A DNA stretch of 64,000 nucleotides, taken from contig JBEKRZ010000009.1 of the NCBI GenBank assembly GCA_049517435.1, forward strand, positions 29,925 to 93,924. The letters run 5' to 3'. The position numbers and the translations under genes were made by a program. The stretch is from Smithella sp. (GTDB lineage: Bacteria; Desulfobacterota; Syntrophia; Syntrophales; Smithellaceae). A model generated the notes under the pieces. It made no database searches. It was not told where the DNA came from and saw only the letters and a program-made list of their open reading frames with translations. This document shows, piece after piece, positions 1 to 8,006 of the stretch (within the stretch, counting starts at the first letter, position 1; every line of letters begins with the position of its first letter).

Positions 1-321
1 CGAAGGGGTAAGGTTGTATTTGATTATTTGTTCGATTTCAGCCACGGTTGACGGCCCTAAAATAACAATCGGCGCTTCGATGCCGCTTATCCTGAGCTGA
101 ACGCCTTCGTCGGCATTGGCCACTCCCAGCATTCGCGCGCCGTTTTTTAAGGCGATGTTGGAAATTTCTATGGCACCGTGCCCATAGGCATCGGCCTTGA
201 CGACCTGCATAAAATCAACTTGCGTCCCGATCAATCTTTTTATTTCTTTCAGATTACCAATAAAGTTATCAAGATCGACTTCGACCCAACTGCGATATTT
301 TTGTTCATTCTTTAATGACAT
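1..321 (-). CDS. alr: alanine racemase, N-terminal part (gene runs off the left edge)
   Basis: Absent from the ORF track because it has no stop in the window. Reverse translation from the ATG at 321..319 gives MSLKNEQKYRSWVEVDLDNFIGNLKEIKRLIGTQVDFMQVVKADAYGHGAIEISNIALKNGARMLGVANADEG... VKADAYGHG is the PLP-lysine motif of alanine racemases. Confidence 0.8.
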   Translation of the reverse strand, partial: MSLKNEQKYRSWVEVDLDNFIGNLKEIKRLIGTQVDFMQVVKADAYGHGAIEISNIALKNGARMLGVANADEGVQLRISGIEAPIVILGPSTVAEIEQIIKYNLTPS

Positions 322-701
322 ATATAATTAATCCAATAGATGATGGCTGTGGAACTGTTGAAAAACGCTCATACCCTGAAGGGCACGACGCGTCTGCTGT
401 GTTGCGCTGCAAACCGCACCGCTCGACGTATGTCTATATACGCCTCGCGATTCGGTTTTTTGCGCGCCTTGCATCTGAACATTTTTGAACAGCCCCGCTG
501 TTTCCTTATTATTTTGCTTCACGGTGTGCCTTTTCGCGTGGCTCTCAAACGCTCTTGGCCGAATATCTTTTACGATTATGCGGAAAGATTCTCAGGGTAT
601 AAATTTTTATCTCCAGCAAAATTGGCTGCTTTTGAGATAATATCAAATCGTTGATGAAAGTCAAGCCGTCTATGTTTTTCAGAAAAATCGGTAATTTATA
701 C

Positions 702-729
702 TTGAAAAAATTATTTTTTTGATTAGAAT
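702..729 (+). promoter_or_regulatory. sigma70-like promoter candidate for the 786..1136 gene
   Basis: TTGAAA (702-707), a 16-nt AT-rich spacer, then TAGAAT (724-729), about 55 nt upstream of the ATG at 786. A strong RBS GAGGAGG lies at 771-777. Confidence 0.4.
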
Positions 730-785
730 AGAAAAAATACTGGAGGGTGAATAGTTAAACCCCTCACAACGAGGAGGAAAAGCAA

Positions 786-1136
786 ATGTCGAAAGTAAAG
801 ACTGGAGATGTTCTGAGTTGTGAAGTATGCGGACTTGCCGTGATCGTGGACGAAGAGTGTGGTTGTGCCACGATTGACCTTATTTGCTGTGAAGAGCCGA
901 TGATCAATACGGGTGTGTCAAAAATAAAGCAAATACAGGCTGCAGCGGCGCCGAAAAAAAAGGCGGTCGTGAAAAAAGTAAAAGCGACAAAGAAAAAAAC
1001 ACCAGCGGCAAAAAAAGCAAAAGCGGTGGCAAAAAAGAAAGTGATCAAAAAGAAAGCTACTAAGAAAAAGGTTGTAAAAAAGACAGCGAAAAAACCTGTA
1101 AAAAAAGCCGCAAAAAAAACCACAAAAAAGAAATAA
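786..1136 (+). CDS. small protein with an N-terminal desulforedoxin-like Cys-rich domain fused to a histone H1-like Lys/Ala-rich tail
   Basis: The RBS GAGGAGG lies 8 nt upstream. Residues 7-39 (GDVLSCEVCGLAVIVDEECGCATIDLICCEEPM) follow the desulforedoxin / desulfoferrodoxin domain-I pattern GDVYKCELCG...LVCCGEDM (CxxC ... CC). The last ~65 aa contain 32 Lys in AKK/KKK repeats. Confidence 0.75.
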   Translation: MSKVKTGDVLSCEVCGLAVIVDEECGCATIDLICCEEPMINTGVSKIKQIQAAAAPKKKAVVKKVKATKKKTPAAKKAKAVAKKKVIKKKATKKKVVKKTAKKPVKKAAKKTTKKK

Positions 1137-1504
1137 TATGAACTCCTTCTACGGCAGGAGCCTGATGTTGCCTATATAACGTGAACTCTCGTGAGTGCAG
1201 CCTGCCCTCGACCTGACACGTGACCCCAAGTGACCTTCAGGTTATCGGGGGGTCGCGTACCTTCCCCGGTTGGAGCAGAGGAATTACAAGTCGCGGGATT
1301 AATTGTCTGAAAGTTAAATCTTCAATTTAATAGAGTTTCGCGATAGAAGAGGGACTCTATTAAATGTATATTTTTCGAAAATTGCCCATCTTATATAACC
1401 ATTTGCGCAAAAGCCAAGCCGGGAAACCCACCTGCGGCACGTATGTTCTAAGCTTGAAAAATTATGCGAATTCTGATTAATCTGTTTATCGAAGGATAAA
1501 CAAT

Positions 1505-4500
1505 ATGACAACGAACAATAGTCCGGATAAAAAAAACGAGGGATTGGGTTCGTCCGCTCTAAAAGTGAATTTGGAAAGGACAGCCGTAACCATAGAAATA
1601 CCGGAGCAATATGCGCCGCTGCTTGAGGTTGTGGCAGGTCATTACGGTTTGCAGAAAAAGACCCATGAACTGCTGATGGAGCTAAACCATCCTTTAGTTA
1701 ACTGGGAATATGTTCTGAAAGAGCTGAAATCCATTTCCATCGGCGATTTCTATATTTACAATAATCATCAAGATGGACGGTCCGCTCTTTCTATAATGCT
1801 GCGTATTTACTTCGACGTTATCAAATCGGCATCAAGTAGTGACGTCAAAGACAGCGCGATACACTATCTATTCGATTATATTGACACGATACTTACCCAG
1901 AGCAACGAATTTCTCCCGCGAAACTTATCCTTGTTTTCGGAGATCATCGAATCACTTATGAATATTGCGGCAGGCGATGAGATTATTTTCAAGAAATGTT
2001 CGACTTACCTCAAAAGAATCATCAAGAGCATTACAGAGAACAACATAGATATTCACGCGCCCCTGTTCGATAGTTTAGTCTACAGGATGTTTAAAGTTAC
2101 GTATCAATTCTGGCTAACCCAACCCGATCCCTTCGAGTGGTTTACCCAAGGAGGGGGAGAAACAGAGGAATCAATCAACGCGTACAGGCAATTCATTGGG
2201 CCCCTGAGCCACCAGCATCTCCAATTCCTGCTCGAAAATTTGGAGACCGTTCGCCCGGACACGCGGGAGGCAAGCGGGGATCAAATAAAAAGATACCTTG
2301 ATATGCCGGATTATTTTCAGATAGTAAACGGCTATTTGCTGGCCGCTGATCTATTGGAAAAGTCGGAAGCACATCAAGGCCGCCAGCACCTCGCGAAACT
2401 GGGCTTCTTATTTAACATAATGGATATTCCCAGTCTTGCCGATATCCATGCCAGCGCCTTGCGGGAAATCAACCATGCTCTAAACAATGTTTTCCAGGAA
2501 GAAAAAAAGGAAAACATGAACGACTTTGTGCGCAAGATATTCGGCTTTCTAAAAAAGAACAAATCCCAATATGAATTCAGCATGGCAATTTTTGATTGCA
2601 TTACGACGACGGCGAAGGAAGTTTTTGCGCAAAACAGCCATCCCCTCGTGGATACCTTTATCGATGAACTGATTGCTTACGGTTTTCAATATCCGGAGAT
2701 TAAAGGCTCAACCACGGAATGGCAGGTAAAAGTTAATCCCGCCCATATCAACAATATACGGTCGTGGCTTGAAATTATCGGGATGAAGCCCAGGTGGACA
2801 AAAAGGCTGATTTCAGCCTTGATCATCAATTTGAAAATCGGAGGGATTTTTGTTCGTGACACGGATCTCATCCAGAAAAACATTTCCGCGCTGCTCAATA
2901 CCGATATTGCGCCGGCGTACAGTCTCATAAAACAGCTCCTTAAAATTTTTCCGGTCTACTTCAGTGAAATTGGCGCCGAAGGCGAATTAAGGGATATCTC
3001 CACCAAAGTTGATGAGCTTTCTTCCCGGAACGACAAGCTTGTATATTTTTTCCGGAAGCAATCCCACGTTGAAAGCAACAGCCTGCTCGTGAAATTTATA
3101 GAGGATATTTTCCAATACTGGCGCTCTGGCGACAAGAAATTTCTCCACGTGCATATTCCCGATGAGGTATATGAGCAAGTTGTGAACCCCGGAGAATATT
3201 TCGACGGAATGCACAAAGCGTTTAAATATTTCTTTACTAAAATTAATAATGATCCCCGGAATTTTCTTGAATGGGACAAAGAAAGAGTGGGCAAAGAACT
3301 CCATCATATAAAAGGTCTTAATGACAGAGATCAGGAGCGGATCCAAATTATGATCCGGATTTACCAATTGATCTATAAAAAATACTATCCTCAACATATA
3401 GATTTATTGAAAGATTTGGAATCAGTCAATGCCTTTCCCCAAGCCGATATTGCATCTCTGAGACGCTCCTTGGAAATAAAGGATTATTACCGGAGCCTTA
3501 CGATTATCCTTAAATTTTTGTCAATATTGAAAGCAACAATTCTTTCTCCCCAAAAGACGCAGTTTTATGAAAACATATACTACAAAAGACACATTGCTGC
3601 GGGCATACCATCAATGTACGGAACCTACCATGAGAAGAAATTTGAGGCCATTGGTTTATCGTTGAGACTGGAAACCTTATCCACTATGCTTTTTGAGGAG
3701 TTGATTCAATCATTTAATCTCAAATTCATTACCAAACAAACCATTACAAAGATTCATAGATATCTTTGGCTCTACATCAGTGCCCTGGAAATTGAAGGTA
3801 TTTCTACAGAAGGTTTGGCGGCTAAAGTCAAATACGTGACGCACGCTTTGCCGGTCAAGCAGTTTTCCATAGACCAATACATAGACATCTTCCGTTTTAT
3901 CTCCAAAGATATTCAGGATATTGTTCATAATTATTACATTGACGCCCACAGTTTCAACTTGCCTGTTATTATAGGGCAGGTTTACCAGCAAAACGCTGAA
4001 GCTGATACAAAATCCGAGCAGAAAAAATATGAAAAATCCATCTATCAGCACTCGGAAAATTTTATCAGAGGGATGATATCTTCGGCCTTCGGCCTTCAGG
4101 TGTTGGACAATTTTGTTAATGCAGTCATTAAAACTCTTAACTCTGAGTCGGAAAAGTTTAAGGATAACAAACAGATTCTCAACGTCGTTATGGCCTACAA
4201 TTCGGAGTTGACAGTTTCATCCTTTTACAGAAAGAATAAAAGGTTGGATAATCAAATATTTCTCGGGAATAAGGGATATTTTCTCAAAGAGATGGTATCC
4301 TTTGGTTTTAATGTACCTCCCGGATTTATAATTACGACGGAAGTATTTAGAGGATATGATGCGGTCTATGGTTATAAGCATATCTTTAATGACCTTGCTG
4401 TCCGGGTAAACAAAGAGATAGTTGCGCTGGAGAAGATAACGGGCCGAAAATTTGGTGATCGACGCAATCCATTGCTTTTATCAGTACGAAGCGGCGCTAC

Positions 4501-5719
4501 GGTCTCCCTTCCCGGCATGATGAAATCTTTTTTAAATGTGGGCATCAACGAAACCATAGCGGAAAGTCTTAGCACAAAGGAAAACTTTCAGTGGGCGGCT
4601 TGGGACTCGTATCGCCGGTTTTTACAGTCATGGGGTATGTTCCAGGGGATGAATCGTAATTATTTCGATGCAATAATCGACGAATTCAAACAAAAACATG
4701 ACGTAGAAAGAAAGATAACGTTCCTTCCCGCCCAGATGAAACAGATTGCTCTTTCCTATAAGAAAGGAATAATGGACAATGGAATTGTGCTCAAAGATAA
4801 ACCTCTGGAACAGTTACGGCACGCCATCCTCCAGGTTTTTGACTCGTGGTATTCGGAACAGGCGGAAATCTATCGTCATCAGATGCATCTTTCCGATAAA
4901 TGGGGAACAGCCGTAATTATACAGGCGATGGTCTTTGGAAACCTTAATGAACACTCCGGATCAGGGGTTATTTTTACCCGCGAACCTAAAAGCACTTCAG
5001 CCGATGTGACCCTTTACGGGGATTTCATTTTTGGCGTTCAGGGAGACGATATTGTTTCCGGTCTGGTGGAGACGTATCCTATTTCGGAGCGGCAGCGCAT
5101 AGCGGAATGCAGATATTCAAAAATATCGCTAGAGGAAAAATTTCCGGAGATTTACGCTGAACTGGTGAGAATTTCCGAGATTCTTATTTATGAAAAAGGT
5201 TTCAACCATCAAGAGATTGAGTTTACTTTTGAAGGTCCAACCGGCGATAAATTGTATATACTGCAAACGCGGGATATGAATCCAATAAAGACAAAAAAAT
5301 GGAAGCGCTTTAAGGACAGCAATACATTGCAATCATACGTGCTGGGAACAGGTATAGGGGTGAGCGGAGGCGCTCTGTGCGGCAGAGCGGTCTATTCAGA
5401 ATCGGACATTAAACGTTTCCGTAAAGCTGAACCGGAAACGTCTCTCATTCTGGTGCGTCCCGATACTGTTCCGGATGACGTTGGAGTCCTGCTGCAAGTT
5501 GAAGGACTTCTGACTGCCAAAGGCGGTAGCACTTCACATGCCGCGGTAACAATCCCGCAACTCAACAAAGTCGGAGTTGTTGGTTTCAGTAAGCTCAAGG
5601 TTTATGAGACCGATGAATACGCAATTATAGAAGATCATAAAATTAAAGCGGGAGACTTCATCAGTATAGACGGTTGGAGCGGCACGGTCTATTCAGGACA
5701 ACATGAAAGCGAGGCTTAA
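1505..5719 (+). CDS. 1404-aa PPDK/PEP-synthase-related putative dikinase with a large novel N-terminal region, an ATP-grasp nucleotide-binding domain and a phospho-His swivel domain, but no PEP/pyruvate TIM-barrel domain
   Basis: This is one uninterrupted ORF. The C-terminal ~500 aa carry PPDK N-terminal motifs in order: GNKGYFLKEM, VPPGFIITTEVF, SVRSGATVSLPGMMKSFLNVG, WGTAVIIQAMVFGN, LYILQTRD and LLTAKGGSTSHAAV. The His codon is at 5537..5539. The ORF ends 59 aa after that His. Confidence 0.85.
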   Translation: MTTNNSPDKKNEGLGSSALKVNLERTAVTIEIPEQYAPLLEVVAGHYGLQKKTHELLMELNHPLVNWEYVLKELKSISIGDFYIYNNHQDGRSALSIMLRIYFDVIKSASSSDVKDSAIHYLFDYIDTILTQSNEFLPRNLSLFSEIIESLMNIAAGDEIIFKKCSTYLKRIIKSITENNIDIHAPLFDSLVYRMFKVTYQFWLTQPDPFEWFTQGGGETEESINAYRQFIGPLSHQHLQFLLENLETVRPDTREASGDQIKRYLDMPDYFQIVNGYLLAADLLEKSEAHQGRQHLAKLGFLFNIMDIPSLADIHASALREINHALNNVFQEEKKENMNDFVRKIFGFLKKNKSQYEFSMAIFDCITTTAKEVFAQNSHPLVDTFIDELIAYGFQYPEIKGSTTEWQVKVNPAHINNIRSWLEIIGMKPRWTKRLISALIINLKIGGIFVRDTDLIQKNISALLNTDIAPAYSLIKQLLKIFPVYFSEIGAEGELRDISTKVDELSSRNDKLVYFFRKQSHVESNSLLVKFIEDIFQYWRSGDKKFLHVHIPDEVYEQVVNPGEYFDGMHKAFKYFFTKINNDPRNFLEWDKERVGKELHHIKGLNDRDQERIQIMIRIYQLIYKKYYPQHIDLLKDLESVNAFPQADIASLRRSLEIKDYYRSLTIILKFLSILKATILSPQKTQFYENIYYKRHIAAGIPSMYGTYHEKKFEAIGLSLRLETLSTMLFEELIQSFNLKFITKQTITKIHRYLWLYISALEIEGISTEGLAAKVKYVTHALPVKQFSIDQYIDIFRFISKDIQDIVHNYYIDAHSFNLPVIIGQVYQQNAEADTKSEQKKYEKSIYQHSENFIRGMISSAFGLQVLDNFVNAVIKTLNSESEKFKDNKQILNVVMAYNSELTVSSFYRKNKRLDNQIFLGNKGYFLKEMVSFGFNVPPGFIITTEVFRGYDAVYGYKHIFNDLAVRVNKEIVALEKITGRKFGDRRNPLLLSVRSGATVSLPGMMKSFLNVGINETIAESLSTKENFQWAAWDSYRRFLQSWGMFQGMNRNYFDAIIDEFKQKHDVERKITFLPAQMKQIALSYKKGIMDNGIVLKDKPLEQLRHAILQVFDSWYSEQAEIYRHQMHLSDKWGTAVIIQAMVFGNLNEHSGSGVIFTREPKSTSADVTLYGDFIFGVQGDDIVSGLVETYPISERQRIAECRYSKISLEEKFPEIYAELVRISEILIYEKGFNHQEIEFTFEGPTGDKLYILQTRDMNPIKTKKWKRFKDSNTLQSYVLGTGIGVSGGALCGRAVYSESDIKRFRKAEPETSLILVRPDTVPDDVGVLLQVEGLLTAKGGSTSHAAVTIPQLNKVGVVGFSKLKVYETDEYAIIEDHKIKAGDFISIDGWSGTVYSGQHESEA

Positions 5720-5740
5720 TGATTGCGGAATATAAAAGTT

Positions 5741-5774
5741 TAACTCGCAGCCGCCGTTGGCGGCTGCGAGTTAA
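5741..5774. terminator. shared hairpin between convergent genes (probable bidirectional terminator)
   Basis: A perfect 15-bp stem TAACTCGCAGCCGCC / GGCGGCTGCGAGTTA encloses a GTTG loop, between the stop at 5719 (+) and the stop at 5797 (-). The flanking A/T runs are short. Confidence 0.55.
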
Positions 5775-5796
5775 AAACTAACCCTGGAACATTTTT

Positions 5797-7074
5797 TTAT
5801 AAAATGTTTTTATGAACGTAAACGGTCAGATCTCCCACCCTGTTTGTATAGCTTCCGTATTCATTGTCATACCAGCCGAATATTTTGGTATGGACAACAG
5901 GCACTTTCATTAACTTCTCGGGAAATGCCTTCATCAGTCCAGCGGGCAAGTTTGGAATATGAGAAATATCCAAATTAATAAAAGCGGTTCGTGTGTGATT
6001 AAACTGGCCCTCAATAATTACTGCCGCATCCACGCCGATAAGATCGGTGGGTACATTTTGTTCCATCGTAAATTTTATTAAGTGGTCAGGATTATTTTGG
6101 GCCGCTTTTTGGTAAATTTCGTTGACCATTTTTGTATTGATAGCCATCGCCACGCCTTGCTTGTTAATGCGCGTTTGAAAAGTAGCATTCAGAACGATCA
6201 AAGACATGGTACTGGTGGGCACTCTAATTGAATCCGCCATAAAACCGATGTGCTGTACCTCCGGAATTACCTCTACGAGGGCCTTGGCGGCGTTTGTGGA
6301 TGTCAGGATAATGTTATTCAGAATACTTCTGTTCTTTCTCAGGTCGTTTTCTCCTGCCTTGGGAACACTGTCCAATACGCTTTGAGAATTGGTAACCGCA
6401 TGAATGGTCGACATAGAGGCCGTAAGGATGGTGTTTGTTCCCTCATTTTCCAGAAGAGGCTTGATCATGTGGGCCAGTCCTGTAGTCGTGCAGGACGCAG
6501 CCGATATAAGCTGGTGTTTTTTTGGATCGAAAGCAGTATGGTTTATTCCATAAATCAAAGTAACAGCATCATCCGGCACTGACAATGCTTTGTTCTTTAT
6601 CTTGAAGGGGGAAGAGTTAATAACAACTTTTGCCCCGCCGTGTAGATGACCCCGAATAGAACCATTCTTGCTATCCGAAGCAATGGTTGGATCCTTGAAT
6701 TTTCCGGTGCAGTCCAGAACGATATCGACTCCGTATTGCCGCCAGGGAATATCAGTGGGATTTCTTGCTTCACGAAGCACTGTGACAGGTATGCCGTCAA
6801 TCAGCATCTTGCCTTTTTTTTCATCCGTAATCTGAATGAGGCGCTCTGATTTTATTCCATAGAGGAACCGGTGAAGCAACCCGTAGGTCGTATCTTTTTC
6901 AATCGCCTGGGCTATGGTATCCAGCCCCGTTCCCGCTTCCCGCCCCAGATTAACAACAATTTCCTTAAAATACTTTCTGCCGATATGGTGCCATAAAGTT
7001 AATTTTCCGATTCTTCCCAAACTGTTGATACCCAGTACCGGCGGTCTGTTTTCAAATACCTGAATTTTTGCCAT
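5797..7074 (-). CDS. divergent long-form glyceraldehyde-3-phosphate dehydrogenase family protein (425 aa)
   Basis: The RBS GGAGG lies 9 nt upstream. GAPDH hallmarks are present: GINSLGRIGK (NAD fold), SAASCTTTGLAHMIKPL (catalytic Cys), STIHAVT and WYDNEYGSY. It is about 90 aa longer than the canonical gap at 11213..12211 because of several insertions. Confidence 0.8.
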   Translation of the reverse strand: MAKIQVFENRPPVLGINSLGRIGKLTLWHHIGRKYFKEIVVNLGREAGTGLDTIAQAIEKDTTYGLLHRFLYGIKSERLIQITDEKKGKMLIDGIPVTVLREARNPTDIPWRQYGVDIVLDCTGKFKDPTIASDSKNGSIRGHLHGGAKVVINSSPFKIKNKALSVPDDAVTLIYGINHTAFDPKKHQLISAASCTTTGLAHMIKPLLENEGTNTILTASMSTIHAVTNSQSVLDSVPKAGENDLRKNRSILNNIILTSTNAAKALVEVIPEVQHIGFMADSIRVPTSTMSLIVLNATFQTRINKQGVAMAINTKMVNEIYQKAAQNNPDHLIKFTMEQNVPTDLIGVDAAVIIEGQFNHTRTAFINLDISHIPNLPAGLMKAFPEKLMKVPVVHTKIFGWYDNEYGSYTNRVGDLTVYVHKNIL

Positions 7075-7091
7075 TATAAAAATCCTCCTTT

Positions 7092-7310
7092 AAATGAGAC
7101 TCAAATATTTCGAACGTAGTGCAGTAATATTTGTTAGTCGAATCAATGACTCTCGCTGAAAACGAACAAAGTGAAGTTTGAAGCGTAAGAGGAATTGATC
7201 CCGCAAGCATAGCTTGACGGGATTATCCCCGAAGCGAAGCGAAGCGGGATCAGTGATCCAAGCTTCAGAAACCAAAATACACTGAAGCTTGTAAGTTGAA
7301 AAATCCCGTA
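7092..7310. repeat. mosaic intergenic hairpin-repeat block (copy R1)
   Basis: The block is a chain of short hairpin modules that are also seen at 9755-10005, 12282-12532, 20958-21240 and 33841-34083. Examples are AAATGAGACTC at the start, the hairpin 7102-7133 with loop GAACGTAGTGCA, GGGATTATCCCC...GGGAT, and CAAGCTTCAG(7259-7268)/CTGAAGCTTG(7282-7291). Confidence 0.8.
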
Positions 7311-7656
7311 AACAGGAAGTAATATGTCTATTGGTTTTTTCTTTGATTGATAAAAAAATGCAGGGACACCCTGCTGAAGTATGGTGAAGTTAACACTATT
7401 TAAATACGGTTTTGTGGTGACCGGGACCATAAAATATCTCCCTTAAAAGGTCACAATCTTTCTACAGGAAAGGCCGTTAAAAGTCAATAGCCGAAGTGTA
7501 AAGTATTCATCTGTCACCGTCTTATCGCTTATATAACTAATTTATTTTTAAGTATAAATGATTTATTTTACGGCTAGGACAATTTATTAATCAAAAGATG
7601 AAAAAAGCTTATTCACGCTTGCCCGAATTTCTTGCTCATATTGGGAATGTGGTGTA

Positions 7657-7983
7657 ATATTTGATTATACCAATTCGCTTGTAAGTTACCACCCTGAAGG
7701 TGGTAATTGCCGGTAAGGTAAAGATTTGATTTATTATGCGCTCCCCTCCCTGCGTGATGCGCATCCGGTCTTTGGCTAACTTTGTTGGCATAGCCTGCCC
7801 CGGCGCAGGCCGGGGTCGGCTTCCTCAACGTATAACTTGGAGGTCACGCGTGTAAAATACGCCTCGTTGCCTCTGCCTTGCCCCACTGGAGCGGGACAGT
7901 TCAACTAACGAATTCCAGTTTACTGCGTAACTGTAATTCGAGTTTCACTGCCGCCTCGTTATCCTTTGAAAGCGAAATGGTGT
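7657..7983. repeat. MITE-like mosaic element with imperfect terminal inverted repeats (long copy)
   Basis: The ends are ATACCAATTCGC (7657-7668) and GCGAAATGGTGT (7972-7983), whose reverse complement matches the left end at 10 of 12 positions. Internal blocks TCTTTGGCTAACTTTGTTGGC, CTTCCTCAACGTAT, AAATACGCCTCGTT and ATCCTTTGAAAGCGAAAT recur in the same order in the reverse complement of 59108-59211. The first ~50 nt recur at 12282. Confidence 0.7.
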
Positions 7984-8006
7984 TAGTCTGAAGGAAGGAG
8001 AATTAT

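Noticed and set aside
328-654. ORFs 328..522 (-) and 340..654 (+)
   Set aside because: They have no RBS, an odd composition, and overlap each other across the GC-rich structured element. I treat the region as non-coding (see the finding at 345-500).
764-1123. 119-aa Phe-rich ORF on the minus strand
   Set aside because: It is the mirror image of the AAA/AAG-rich lysine tail of the 786..1136 gene (the complement TTT gives Phe). The plus-strand gene has the RBS and the recognisable Cys domain.
5522-5529. A second GGCGGTAG (ops-like) octamer
   Set aside because: It lies inside the coding sequence for the GGSTSH phospho-His motif. It shows that the octamer occurs at about the chance frequency.
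7143-7828. ORFs 7143..7430 (-), 7090..7275 (-) and 7613..7828 (-)
   Set aside because: They are built from the dispersed hairpin repeats, and the same DNA recurs in both orientations elsewhere. They have no RBS.
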